Shown: positions 26,502 to 36,328, numbered from the stretch's first letter. The stretch is 64,000 nt of DNA from an uncultured Opitutales bacterium (GCA_964542645.1 CAZIUG010000007.1:73619-137618); one strand, 5' to 3'. Program-made: numbers and translations. Notes: generated by a model not told the origin, from the sequence alone.

Positions 26502-26674
26502 TCGATTCCAAGATAGACGCTCCTTCAATTTATGTGCTAGTTTTCAGCCTGACATGAATTCCCATATTGCCGAATTAGTGCAGGATTCTGGAAACCCATT
26601 CGGATTTTTTCAGAGCCAATCTTTCGGAAACTAGCTATTTCGAAAGTGACTTGGTTCTATCTTAGATAATCACA

Positions 26675-27409
26675 TTGGCCAATCCAGAGACAGAGGGCCA
26701 ATCTTTGGCTACACAAGCAGCTCAGCCCGGCCATCTCTATATCGTTGCAACTCCGATAGGCAATCTGTTGGACCTAACGGAGAGAGCGGTTGGTATTCTA
26801 TCTTCAAGTGATTTGATAGCATGTGAAAATGTCAGAAAGACTAGAAGGTTGCTTGAACATTGGCAATTAAATCGAAGGGTGGTCAAATATGGAGAACATA
26901 ATGAGTCGACGCAGGCAATCCGGCTAGCCGAGGCTCTTTCTAACGGCAAAGCAGTTTCGCTCGTCTCCGAGGCGGGCACCCCCTGCGTCAGTGATCCTGG
27001 ATTTCGCATCGTTAGAGAGTGCCGACGACGGTCCTTGCCCGTTGTTCCCTTACCCGGCCCTTCCGCTCCAATCGCCGCACTTTCTGCCTCCGGCCTGCCT
27101 TCTGATGGATTTCTTTTTCTTGGGTTTCTGTCTTCCAAACAAAACGCTCGAAAAAAGATTTTCGAACAATTCAGGGACTTCAAGTATACTTTGATCTTTT
27201 TTGAATCAAGTCACCGTATCATTGCCAGCCTGAAAGATCTAGCCGAGGTGATGGGTGGAACCCGAACTATTTGCGTCGCTCGAGAAATGACGAAAATCCA
27301 CGAAACGTTCCACGTCGGCCATGCAGAATCGGTAACCCAAGAGGTGGCTGGAGGTAGGACGAAGGGCGAGTTCATTATCCTTATTGCGAAGGAAGGATAC
27401 GAGTTGTAG
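26675..27409 (+). CDS. rsmI: 16S rRNA (cytidine1402-2'-O)-methyltransferase
   Basis: GHLYIVATPIGNLLDLTERA, SEAGTPCVSDPG and REMTKIHE are RsmI/tetrapyrrole-methylase-fold signatures. It has a TTG start. Confidence 0.9.
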   Translation: MANPETEGQSLATQAAQPGHLYIVATPIGNLLDLTERAVGILSSSDLIACENVRKTRRLLEHWQLNRRVVKYGEHNESTQAIRLAEALSNGKAVSLVSEAGTPCVSDPGFRIVRECRRRSLPVVPLPGPSAPIAALSASGLPSDGFLFLGFLSSKQNARKKIFEQFRDFKYTLIFFESSHRIIASLKDLAEVMGGTRTICVAREMTKIHETFHVGHAESVTQEVAGGRTKGEFIILIAKEGYEL

Positions 27410-27440
27410 AAGGACTATCCTTAAGAACTTCTCTGAAATT

Positions 27441-28412
27441 GTGTCGCAACAATTTAAATCCTCTTCCGTAGCCTCCCCCACCGTCGCCGTTATTGATGTA
27501 GGGAGCAATACCATAAAACTCTTGGTTGCCAAAGGTGGAGCCCAAACGGTTGTGGTTCATCAAAAAGTATTAGAAACTAGAATCAGTCGGGGCATTGGAA
27601 GAGGACGTCCAAAGCTCTCCCAAGAGGGAATCGAAGCTGGTCTGTTAGGAATCGAATCACTCCTCGAAGAAGCAGCTTATTTCCAACCCCATAAAACATC
27701 CATTGCGGCCACCAGTGCAGTGCGTGATGCGGAGAATGGATATGAGTTCGCTGATCTGGTCTTTTCCAAAACTAACATTCAACTAAGAATCCTCAGTGGT
27801 GAAGACGAAGCCCGAACGGCAGCAATAGGGATCCAGCAGGATCCTCACATAAAGAACTATAAAGAATTCTACTTCCTTGATATCGGAGGAGGCAGTGCTG
27901 AGATTGCCCACTGCCATGACGGCATTATCATTCAGATTGCCAGCTTGCCATTAGGTGCCGTTCGTCTGACTGAGAGATTCGTGAGTGATCCTGAAAAACC
28001 ATTGTCTGATCGTGAGGCCCAGTCCATCGCAAGGTTTACCGAAGAGGAAATAAAAAAGAGCACACTTATATTCGGGGAGAGGGAATTACCGTTTATCGGA
28101 ATAGGAGGCACTTTCGCCTACATCCGAGCGCTCCTAAACAAAGGAACGAAACCTCGATCTACAGAATTTTTTCCAATAATTCCTGTAAGCCTCCTACGTA
28201 ACCTCTTTGCCGATCTCTCACGCTTGAGTCTCGATAAGAGAAAAGGGGTGCTTCATCTTCCCAAATCAAGAGCAGATATTTTCCCTACTGCCCTAAGAGT
28301 TATCCTGAGTATTGCCGACCATAGCAGAGTAACTTCGTTCCACCACTCTTACTACAATCTACAATTTGGGCTAGCTATCGAATTGCTTTCTCAAGTCGCT
28401 GATAGCAACTGA
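27441..28412 (+). CDS. Ppx/GppA family phosphatase
   Basis: VAVIDVGSNTIKLLVAK (phosphate-1 motif) and LDIGGGSAEIA (phosphate-2). I chose the GTG at 27441. The ORF-track start at 27384 would overlap rsmI by 26 nt. Confidence 0.8.
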   Translation: MSQQFKSSSVASPTVAVIDVGSNTIKLLVAKGGAQTVVVHQKVLETRISRGIGRGRPKLSQEGIEAGLLGIESLLEEAAYFQPHKTSIAATSAVRDAENGYEFADLVFSKTNIQLRILSGEDEARTAAIGIQQDPHIKNYKEFYFLDIGGGSAEIAHCHDGIIIQIASLPLGAVRLTERFVSDPEKPLSDREAQSIARFTEEEIKKSTLIFGERELPFIGIGGTFAYIRALLNKGTKPRSTEFFPIIPVSLLRNLFADLSRLSLDKRKGVLHLPKSRADIFPTALRVILSIADHSRVTSFHHSYYNLQFGLAIELLSQVADSN

Positions 28413-29360
28413 AAAATCAGTAGGTAGCTCAGCTTCCAATGTTAATCTACAACCCTTCACCGGATGATTGAATATGATTCGTTGGGCATGAAGCATTGTC
28501 CGGGAAAATGCTTCCAACGCCCGGTACCCGTAGGTGGAATCACCTGCAACGGGATGACCGATCCAAGACAAATGGACTCGAATTTGGTGCGTCCGTCCAG
28601 TATGTATTGAGATCTCAAGCAAAGAATATCGATCCCCCCAAACCCTGATTCGGCGCCATTCACTGTAAGCCGGTCTACCTGTCGCAACTACGGCCATCTT
28701 CGTTCGAATCCGCTGGTGGCGGCCAATCGGCTCGCGAATGACTCCGCAATCTGAAACCGGAACGCCAGAACAGATCGCAATGTATTTCTTCTCAATCGAT
28801 CTCTTGGAGAACTGGGCGCTCAGGCTTCGAAAGGCCACATCCGTTTTTGCTACGACAATGGCACCCGAAGTCTCCTTATCCAGGCGGTGTACAATTCCTG
28901 GTCTCTCTTTACCCGACAGCCTACTCAATCTCCCCTTGCAATAGTGAAGGAGGGCATGGACCAGAGTGTCTTCTCCAGTAGAATTACCTGGGTGCACGAT
29001 CATTCCGCAACGCTTGTTCACAACAAGAACATGATCGTCTTCGAAGAGGATCTCCAGGGGAATTGCCCTGGGCCGCAAAACACTCGAAGAAGAAGGGGGA
29101 AGTGAGAACGAAAGAAAATCACCAGTAGAAACTTTTCTGCTTTTACTAATCGCTTCATTGTCCAGCCAGACTTGGCCTTCATCGAAAAGACGCTGCAATC
29201 GTGAACGACTCCACCTAGGAAAAGCATCAGCCAGTACTCGATCCGCACGCTGATGATCATTCTCCTCTGGCACTTCAAAATCAATTGGCTTATCTATCAT
29301 GTGAATATTGGAAATCTCCGTGATCCATCTCGTGTGTCGTTTTATCTGATCTTGGACCAA
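28371..29360 (-). CDS. rluD: RluA-family 23S rRNA pseudouridine synthase (RluD-like)
   Basis: S4-like N-terminus (RADRVLADAF...RLQRLFDEGQVWLD). Catalytic HRLDKETSGAIVVAK and the THQIRVH block. The start may instead be the ATG at 29300 (MIDKPIDF...). Confidence 0.88.
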   Translation of the reverse strand: MVQDQIKRHTRWITEISNIHMIDKPIDFEVPEENDHQRADRVLADAFPRWSRSRLQRLFDEGQVWLDNEAISKSRKVSTGDFLSFSLPPSSSSVLRPRAIPLEILFEDDHVLVVNKRCGMIVHPGNSTGEDTLVHALLHYCKGRLSRLSGKERPGIVHRLDKETSGAIVVAKTDVAFRSLSAQFSKRSIEKKYIAICSGVPVSDCGVIREPIGRHQRIRTKMAVVATGRPAYSEWRRIRVWGDRYSLLEISIHTGRTHQIRVHLSWIGHPVAGDSTYGYRALEAFSRTMLHAQRIIFNHPVKGCRLTLEAELPTDFSVAISDLRKQFDS

Positions 29361-29362
29361 TA

Positions 29363-30361
29363 TCAGTCCTCCAAAGCAATGATCTCATCGAGATTTTCGA
29401 GGAAACTCGACTGCTTCTCTTCCTCCAGCAATGCAATCTCAAACCCATTTCGCGCCAATAGGGCCAACTCCTTTCGATTAAAAGACGATGACAGGGCCAC
29501 GTATTCATCGGTTAGCCGGTTCCCAAAAGAGAGAGGATCATCCGTACTGACAGTACATCGAACTCCGGCATCATAGAGCCTGCGAATGGGATGTTGCCCA
29601 ATAGTCGGCGTCACACCAAGTTTGATATTGCTGATTGGGCAAATATCAAGAGTAACGTCAAGTTGAACTAGTTTCCGTACTACGTTGGGATCCTCGACCG
29701 CGCGAACCCCATGCTCAATACGTCTGACACCGAGACGGTGGATGGCGTCTTCTACATAATCGGCCCCTCCAAATTCGCCAGCATGCGCTTTCGTTTTAAG
29801 ACCAACTCTACGTGCTTCTCCCCACAGTTCTTCCGCCCACGGCTCGATCGGCAATACCTCAACCCCGTGTAAATCTATCCCAGACAATCCCTTCCAGTTT
29901 ATGCAATCACTGAGAATCGGAGCCATTTTCTCATTGTAATGATTGCGCAGCATCCCAAGAAATACTCTAACTTCTAGACCCTTAGGGACCGCTTCAATTA
30001 TCGCTGCCATTATCTCGGGACCAGGAATACCGAGCGTTTCAATCACCCCTGCATGAAAACTGGTTTCTAGGTATTTGACGTTCTGCGAAACTAAATTATC
30101 GAAGATTACCCGAGCAGCTTCCTGGTATCGTTCTGGACTGGTGTACCACAAAAGAGCCATGTCCAGGAGTTCGTCTTCAAACTGCTGGAAACTCTCGAAC
30201 TTGAAATCTGAATCCCACGACTGAGGTGGTGTCGCAAATCTCTTTGAGTCCAATCTTTGCAACAACTCAAACGGCAACGCTCCCTCAATGTGAAGGTGTG
30301 TCTCTGTTTTGGGCAGCCGCTGAATAAATGAAAGCAGATCAAAATCTGGATTTTCAGGCAT
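29363..30361 (-). CDS. Adenosine/AMP deaminase family metallo-hydrolase
   Basis: KTETHLHIEGAL (HxH metal site), HAGE (KAHAGEFGG) and VSTDDPLSF (the terminal Asp-Asp). Size is 332 aa. Confidence 0.8.
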   Translation of the reverse strand: MPENPDFDLLSFIQRLPKTETHLHIEGALPFELLQRLDSKRFATPPQSWDSDFKFESFQQFEDELLDMALLWYTSPERYQEAARVIFDNLVSQNVKYLETSFHAGVIETLGIPGPEIMAAIIEAVPKGLEVRVFLGMLRNHYNEKMAPILSDCINWKGLSGIDLHGVEVLPIEPWAEELWGEARRVGLKTKAHAGEFGGADYVEDAIHRLGVRRIEHGVRAVEDPNVVRKLVQLDVTLDICPISNIKLGVTPTIGQHPIRRLYDAGVRCTVSTDDPLSFGNRLTDEYVALSSSFNRKELALLARNGFEIALLEEEKQSSFLENLDEIIALED

Positions 30362-30918
30362 CTATGAGTGAATGGTCGTCTTAGATATGCAATAATATAT
30401 CTTCCGCTTAAATCCCAATCCAATACCACTTCCATCCCCAACGATTAGAAGTCGTAAAGAAAATTTACTCTGGTTCATATGAGAAAAGAAGGATGAGCGT
30501 AAGATAAATGAGTAGTCGGTATCTTTATAGCTCCCGGCTAATATCCGCACCAGGTTAGGGAGCCCGAAACTAATAGATACCCTCTTATCGGTTCCAATTT
30601 CTTTGGTCATGAGATTTATCCTAGCCCGAGTAGCGTGTGTTCAATAACATATGACAGACCCGATCGGAGCGAAATTAGACCACCTTAGTGCCAATGAGGG
30701 GATCGCGAGCTCTCCTTTCTTCCGATGCGTACCGCGTTTCGACAGAAAAATGTCGGATCGCAATATAGGGACTCCATTCCACTCGTATCATCTCAAAGGC
30801 ACGTTCGAATAGCCCAGTGTTAATGAAGTAATACTCATTAATTACTAGCAGACCTGAACAATGGAAAAGGCCACCAATGATTTAGAAATTAACCGTTTAT
30901 ACGGTGCTGGCACGAGCT

Positions 30919-31671
30919 TCAAGGAACTATCTGGTTGCTAAATTCTTTAACAATGCGGGACTGGACTTCCTCCACAGTTCCCTGGGCGTCAATACAATGA
31001 TAAGGGAATCGCTCACGAAGAGATATTAGGGGATTATAAGTAACCTCCTCAAAAACCTGATACCTTTTTAGTGCTGCGTCCCGGCTCAAATCGGTCTTCC
31101 GTACTTCCAATAACTCTCCTATTCCAGATCGTCGAACCCGATTATTTTCTTCCAGAGCTTTCTTGCCCCGATGAAGTTGGCGCCGAATACTTTCCCCTTT
31201 GTTAACAAAGAGAACTAAGATGAGGAAAGCTGACCGCGGAAAGGCCTCAGCACCAGGAGTATCAAACTGTTTTCGTTGAAGCTCCAGAACTTTGTTGTAG
31301 AGTAGGTCGAGGCATTGCATTTGGATCGCCGTCCTCGGATAACCATCAACCACTGCCCCACTTTGGTATTCAGGCCTCAACAATTTTCGAAGCACAAGTG
31401 CGGTTACCTCCCGATCCCCAACCATTAATCCGTCATCTTTCAGACGAGCTGCCTCAGGATTGTCGAGAAGATCGCTCACCAGGATAGGGGGAGCCGTGTA
31501 ATTTCGAAACTCCATAATAAAGCGAGTCTGAGTTCCTTTTCCTGCCCCAGGAGCTCCGTTAAGCCAACAAATTTCCCTAGGAAACCGTAGCCGTTCCCGC
31601 CCAAATTCCTTCTCAATTTCTGCCCATACTGAATGGAATATCAAATTTGCATTCTGCATATCCATGTTCAA
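30919..31671 (-). CDS. Divergent adenylate kinase / NMP kinase family protein
   Basis: P-loop LNGAPGAGKGTQ and DGYPRT (canonical Adk has DGFPRT). It carries a ~35-aa N-terminal extension, and the region where the LID sits in canonical Adk differs. Confidence 0.7.
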   Translation of the reverse strand: MNMDMQNANLIFHSVWAEIEKEFGRERLRFPREICWLNGAPGAGKGTQTRFIMEFRNYTAPPILVSDLLDNPEAARLKDDGLMVGDREVTALVLRKLLRPEYQSGAVVDGYPRTAIQMQCLDLLYNKVLELQRKQFDTPGAEAFPRSAFLILVLFVNKGESIRRQLHRGKKALEENNRVRRSGIGELLEVRKTDLSRDAALKRYQVFEEVTYNPLISLRERFPYHCIDAQGTVEEVQSRIVKEFSNQIVP

Positions 31672-31824
31672 AGTTCTTGGCCGTAGTCAGCTTCCATGAG
31701 TAACGGATTAAGCACTCATGTATCAGATTCTACCCCTCTAATATCAAGCAGCTTTTCTCAAGGTCAAAATCATATCGATTTCGCTTACTGGGCTAGCGAA
31801 ATTAGTCAATAGCAGTTAAAAAGG

Positions 31825-33264
31825 TCACTGAGCTCCGTTCCCGCTGGCAAAAGGATGTCGAGTGCTGCGCATTTTCTTTTTTGGAAAACAAATTTTGGAA
31901 ACAGCTTGCTGGAAATCCTGCCCTCCGCTCAGTATATCGATTTCCAGTCTTAAGTAGTAAAAGGGAATCCCAGGCCTGAATTCCTGCGGTATGCGAACTG
32001 CGTCCTTTTCCGTAGTCACTACCATTTCGCATCCAGCTTCTCGAAAACTACCGAAAAGTCTCTCGAGTTCCTTTCTCTCATATCGATGATGATCGAGAAA
32101 TCGCCGATTCATTCCAATTTCGGCACCCAACTCCCGCAGAAAGCCTTCGAAGCTCTCAGGCACAGCGATGGCGCTAAAAGATCCAATCTTTTTACCATCC
32201 AATGCCGTTAGTTCTAACCTCTCCATCCCACTTATTTCTTCCAGGCTTTGCGGCTTGTGTGCACACTCTATGATTTCCGCTTCAGGATTATGAGACCTGA
32301 TTATTGCCTCCAATTTCTTATCAGGTTCTCCATCTGATTTGGTAAGAAGAACGTATGAAGCTCGGCGAATACTTTCTATGGGCTCACGAAGAACGCCGCG
32401 AGGCAGCAAATAACCATTGCCAAATGGATCTCCTTTATCGATCAAAAGTAGATTGAGACGGCCTTTCAAGGCCAGGTACTGATAGCCGTCGTCGAGCACC
32501 AGGGTATCAGCACCAAATTTCCGGATCGCGTAAGCCCCCGCTTTAACACGATCCTTGTCTACAATTACAGCCACACCAGGTAAATTCTTCGCTAACATAT
32601 AGGGTTCATCGCCTGCTCGATCAGGATCGAGTAGAACTCGCTTGCCATCGCTAACCACTTTTGGTGGGGGAGCTTCACCCTGAGTTACTGTACGCCACCA
32701 TCTTTTCAGGATTGACTCCCTTTTGCTTTTGTAGCCCCTACTCAATATGGCGACCTTGCGGCCCCTTTCCGCCAAGGATCGCGCTAACTTTTCGACCACA
32801 GGCGTCTTGCCCGTACCTCCAACGGTAAGATTCCCAACCACAACTACTAAACACCCTAAAGCCTGATTCCGGAAGATTCTCTGCCGATAAAGGAAAAGTC
32901 GCATTTGGGCTAGAAACCCGAAAACGAATGACAGTGTTTTAAGCAAGTGGGAATAGACATTGACCCAACAACCCTTCCGCCTGCCACAAACCACATCAAT
33001 TGTGAAATGCTCAAAGTTCTCAATCCAACGAGAAAAACCCCCACTACTCCTATGGAAGTCTCCTTCCGCAGACCTCGCATATTTACTCTGTTTCTCAATA
33101 ACAGTTCTTATACTCCCCGAATCAGAATCATTGGGGCGTGAAAGTTTCTCGTCCGCACAGAGGTCCTCCTGGCTGAAATCGTAACGCTTTTCTGTCTCTC
33201 TTCCTTCGATAAACCTCTCAATAAATGATAATATATTACAAGAGCAACCTCCTTGTTCATCCAA
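31825..33264 (-). CDS. lpxK: Tetraacyldisaccharide 4'-kinase
   Basis: [23 protein letters not shown]-loop preceded by the membrane helix [14 protein letters not shown]. The maximal ORF starts at TTG 33264. A GTG at 32994 (VVCGRRKG...) would give an E. coli-like N-terminal length, so the start is uncertain. Confidence 0.85.
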   Translation of the reverse strand: MDEQGGCSCNILSFIERFIEGRETEKRYDFSQEDLCADEKLSRPNDSDSGSIRTVIEKQSKYARSAEGDFHRSSGGFSRWIENFEHFTIDVVCGRRKGCWVNVYSHLLKTLSFVFGFLAQMRLFLYRQRIFRNQALGCLVVVVGNLTVGGTGKTPVVEKLARSLAERGRKVAILSRGYKSKRESILKRWWRTVTQGEAPPPKVVSDGKRVLLDPDRAGDEPYMLAKNLPGVAVIVDKDRVKAGAYAIRKFGADTLVLDDGYQYLALKGRLNLLLIDKGDPFGNGYLLPRGVLREPIESIRRASYVLLTKSDGEPDKKLEAIIRSHNPEAEIIECAHKPQSLEEISGMERLELTALDGKKIGSFSAIAVPESFEGFLRELGAEIGMNRRFLDHHRYERKELERLFGSFREAGCEMVVTTEKDAVRIPQEFRPGIPFYYLRLEIDILSGGQDFQQAVSKICFPKKKMRSTRHPFASGNGAQ

Positions 33265-33297
33265 AAATTTCGGGAATTTTCGACCTAATTCCCCGTA

Positions 33298-33327
33298 TTA
33301 ATATACATCTTAGTATTGACGTATAAT
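33298..33327 (+). promoter_or_regulatory. Candidate promoter upstream of topB
   Basis: TTAATA (33298-303), an 18-nt spacer, then a perfect TATAAT (33322-27), about 170 nt upstream of the topB GTG. This is a pattern match in AT-rich sequence only. Confidence 0.25.
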
Positions 33328-33497
33328 CAGACAATGCCCATCTCAGGGATTATTGAGAAGGGTGAATACCCTATTTAACCCCTAATCCTTTTCTATAAGT
33401 AGATCTCATTTGTCTACATCGTGAACGACTTCTTAGGCTCATTCAGAGGCCGTCTGGTCTGCAGTCGGATGCCTTCGCTTCTCAACATTAAATAGCC

Positions 33498-36038
33498 GTG
33501 TCAAAATCCCTAATCATAGCCGAAAAACCGAGCGTCGCAGAAGACCTCGCCGCAGCACTTGGCCGGGTTGGGAAAAGGGGAAGTTGGTATGAGGATGACT
33601 CTTATGTAATATCTTCGGCTATTGGTCATCTCGTAGAACTCTACATGCCGGAAGACTTCGATAAAAAGTTGCGCTACTGGCGCCTTCAATCTCTTCCCAT
33701 AATTCCCGAGCAGTTTAACTTGAAGGTTATCGATAGGACGAAGTCGAAGTACCAGGAATTGGAGAAACTATTACAACGTAAGGACGTGTCGGAAGTAATC
33801 AATGCCTGTGACGCCGGCCGTGAAGGAGAACTCATTTTCACCTATGTTTACGAAGCGGCCGAGTGTCAAAAGCCGGTGAAACGTCTCTGGATGCAGTCCA
33901 TGACTAAGGGAGCAATTCGTGAAGCATTTGAAAAGCTTCGCGCCGGTGGGGAAATGCGTAACCTTCAAGATGCAGCCCGATGTCGTTCCGAAGCGGATTG
34001 GTTAATCGGGATCAATGGGACACGTGCGATAACGGCTAGAGTGTCCGGACGAGCACGGGGCAATACCGCTACTGTTGGACGGGTCCAGACACCGACTCTT
34101 AAGCTTGTTGTAGAACGGGAAAATCAAATTCGGAGATTTAGTCCTCGCCCATACTGGTGTATCGTTGGACTTTTCTCGATTGCCGAGGGAGATTATGAAG
34201 GAGTCTACCAAAAACCCGACTTCAAAGCTAGGGTGAAAGACAAAAAAGGGGGAAATGAATCAAGCCCATTAGAAGATCGAGTAGATAGAGTCTGGACCAA
34301 GGAAGATGCGGACCAAGTCCGTGCTGATATTAAAAAAGCAAAGTCTGCTGTGGTTTCAGAAGAAAAGAAGCGAAGCAGGCAAATCTCTCCCCGGCTCTAT
34401 GATCTTACTACCCTACAGCGAGAGGCAAACAGTCGCCATGGGTTATCGGCCCGTCATACCCTTCAAATCGCTCAATCCCTCTACGAAGAGCATAAACTCA
34501 TAACTTACCCTAGGACTAGTTCTCAAGCCTTACCTGAGGACTACCAACAGACCTGTCGAAGAATCCTGGAAACGATAGGAGGAGACTTTGAGCCTCACGC
34601 AGAGGAGATCCTAAACAAAGACTGGGTACGTCCCAATCGGCGGATATTTAATAATGAACAAATTAGCGATCACTTCGCTATTATCCCAACCGGAGAAGGG
34701 AAGAAGGCCTTGGACGGGCCTAAAGAAAAAATTTTTGACATGATCACCCGTCGATTCATGTCGGTTTTTTACCCACCTGCGGAGTTTGATGTGACGACGA
34801 GGTTTAGCGAGGTGGCGGAGCATACTTTCAAATCAGAGGGGAAAGTCCTTATAAATCCGGGTTGGATGAGTTGCTATGGGAAAGAAGCGGAAGGAGAAGA
34901 AACTCTTCCTCCTCTCTCCCCATCCGATGGTTCTCCGCCCCAAGCAGACATCTCGACAGTCGAGATTGAAGAACTAGAAACCAAACCACCTTCTCGCTAC
35001 ACTGAAGCAACCCTTCTATCTGCAATGGAAAGCGCTGGGAAGCTGGTCGATGACGAAGAACTTGCCTTAGCTATCAAAGAGAAAGGACTGGGAACACCAG
35101 CTACTCGCGCTCAAACTATTGAGCAGCTTATCAATCAACTATATGTGGAAAGGGAACGCCGGAACCTCATTCCTACTGCCAAAGCTGATTTTCTGATGAG
35201 CTTTCTTGAGCTTGTCAAAGCCGATGTCCTTACAAGTCCCTCCATGACGGGAGAATGGGAACACAAGCTCCACCAAATCGAGAAGGGTCAATTGACTCGT
35301 AACCAGTTCATGGATGGAATAATCGATCTTACGCGCTCAATCGTCGAGCAAACAAGGTCCTTCAAGGAAGAGGAAGCTGGAGGAAATGAGACGTCTGTGA
35401 TATCGCCATCGGACGGCAAGCCTTTTCTTGAGACCTTTCGCACCTACCGTTCCCAAGATGACACCTACCGGATTTACAAAATTGTGGCTAATCGTAAACT
35501 AGAAGAAGCCGAGGTCGGGGAGCTCGTTTCCAAGGGACAGATTGGACCACTCGACGGATTCAGGTCTAAGGCTGGGAAACCCTTCTCAGCGATCCTCCGA
35601 CTTAATAATGAAAAGAAGAAGGTTGAATTCGTTTTTGATAACCGCGACGAAGGATCGAACGATGGCGAGGGAGAGACCCTGGACCTGTCTAAGTGTCCAG
35701 TCGCGGGGCAATGCCCAAAGGATGGGAAACCCGTGTACTCCACTCCGAGAGCATTTGCTTGTGAGCATTCCTTGAACGGAAAACGAGATTGTACATTTCG
35801 AATCAGCCGTCAAATCCTTGGACAAACTCTTCCCGAAGAACAAATCCGAAAGCTGCTCGAAAATGGCAAGACTGATCTCATAGAGAACTTCCGTTCCAAT
35901 CGCACGAAAAGATATTTCTCTGCTTACCTGGTACTTAAGAAAAACCATGATATTGGCTTCGAATTTCCACCAAGAGCGACGAAAAAGATGACAAAGAAAA
36001 CCGCTATTAAGAAGCCTAATACAAAGAAAGCAGGCTAA
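33498..36038 (+). CDS. topB: DNA topoisomerase III
   Basis: Toprim N-terminus SLIIAEKPSVAEDLAAAL and DAGREGELIF. Active-site Tyr block HKLITYPRTSSQALPEDY (E. coli TopB has TYPRSD). C-terminal Cys-containing segment CPVAGQCPKDG...CEHSLNGKRDC and a Lys-rich tail. Confidence 0.92.
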   Translation: MSKSLIIAEKPSVAEDLAAALGRVGKRGSWYEDDSYVISSAIGHLVELYMPEDFDKKLRYWRLQSLPIIPEQFNLKVIDRTKSKYQELEKLLQRKDVSEVINACDAGREGELIFTYVYEAAECQKPVKRLWMQSMTKGAIREAFEKLRAGGEMRNLQDAARCRSEADWLIGINGTRAITARVSGRARGNTATVGRVQTPTLKLVVERENQIRRFSPRPYWCIVGLFSIAEGDYEGVYQKPDFKARVKDKKGGNESSPLEDRVDRVWTKEDADQVRADIKKAKSAVVSEEKKRSRQISPRLYDLTTLQREANSRHGLSARHTLQIAQSLYEEHKLITYPRTSSQALPEDYQQTCRRILETIGGDFEPHAEEILNKDWVRPNRRIFNNEQISDHFAIIPTGEGKKALDGPKEKIFDMITRRFMSVFYPPAEFDVTTRFSEVAEHTFKSEGKVLINPGWMSCYGKEAEGEETLPPLSPSDGSPPQADISTVEIEELETKPPSRYTEATLLSAMESAGKLVDDEELALAIKEKGLGTPATRAQTIEQLINQLYVERERRNLIPTAKADFLMSFLELVKADVLTSPSMTGEWEHKLHQIEKGQLTRNQFMDGIIDLTRSIVEQTRSFKEEEAGGNETSVISPSDGKPFLETFRTYRSQDDTYRIYKIVANRKLEEAEVGELVSKGQIGPLDGFRSKAGKPFSAILRLNNEKKKVEFVFDNRDEGSNDGEGETLDLSKCPVAGQCPKDGKPVYSTPRAFACEHSLNGKRDCTFRISRQILGQTLPEEQIRKLLENGKTDLIENFRSNRTKRYFSAYLVLKKNHDIGFEFPPRATKKMTKKTAIKKPNTKKAG

Positions 36039-36046
36039 ATAAATTT

Positions 36047-36095
36047 GGGAATTCCATGCTCCGCGTATGGGACTGAAAAGTGAAAGGAGTTCCCT
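36047..36095 (+). terminator. Stem-loop 9 nt after the topB stop
   Basis: GGGAATTCC (36047-55) pairs with GGAGTTCCC (36087-95): 9 bp including one G-U, with a 31-nt loop. There is no U tract, so it may be a processing or stability hairpin rather than an intrinsic terminator. Confidence 0.3.
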
Positions 36096-36328
36096 GGATG
36101 GGCATGGCGGTCTTAGCAAAACATTCTACCCCCGTCGACGGTGGTACCCGATTCTGCTTCACAGCCAAGAATGTTTGTCGGCTGCACGTTGACAAGAAAT
36201 GCTCTGAGGCAAAAAATCGAATCCCAGAAAGAAATCGAAGTGGCTACCTCCCGTCTATGGTTCCCAATTAGGATTTCTCTTCCCAATAGGTGCTAATTCT
36301 CCTTGGCTATTAGTTTAATTAGTAAGGC

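Noticed and set aside
26422-26634. Listed 70-aa ORF in the pgi-rsmI gap
   Set aside because: It overlaps the much more convincing lipoprotein frame (26337-26501) and has no signal, motif or SD.
33316-33327. Adjacent TTGACG and TATAAT hexamers
   Set aside because: It looks like consensus -35 and -10 boxes, but they abut with no spacer and so cannot act together as a promoter. Only the TATAAT, paired with a weaker upstream TTAATA, is retained as a low-confidence promoter candidate.
36054-36113. Pseudoknot-like A-B-A'-B' complementarity after topB (CCATGC ... GCATGG interleaved with the GGGAATTCC/GGAGTTCCC stem)
   Set aside because: The second pairing shares two nucleotides with the first stem and is only 6 bp. 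It is easily explained by chance, so only the 9-bp hairpin is reported.
35586-36119. 177-aa minus-strand ORF over the topB 3' end
   Set aside because: It is antisense to the conserved Topo III C-terminal region. It has no motifs and would have to start in the topB downstream hairpin region.
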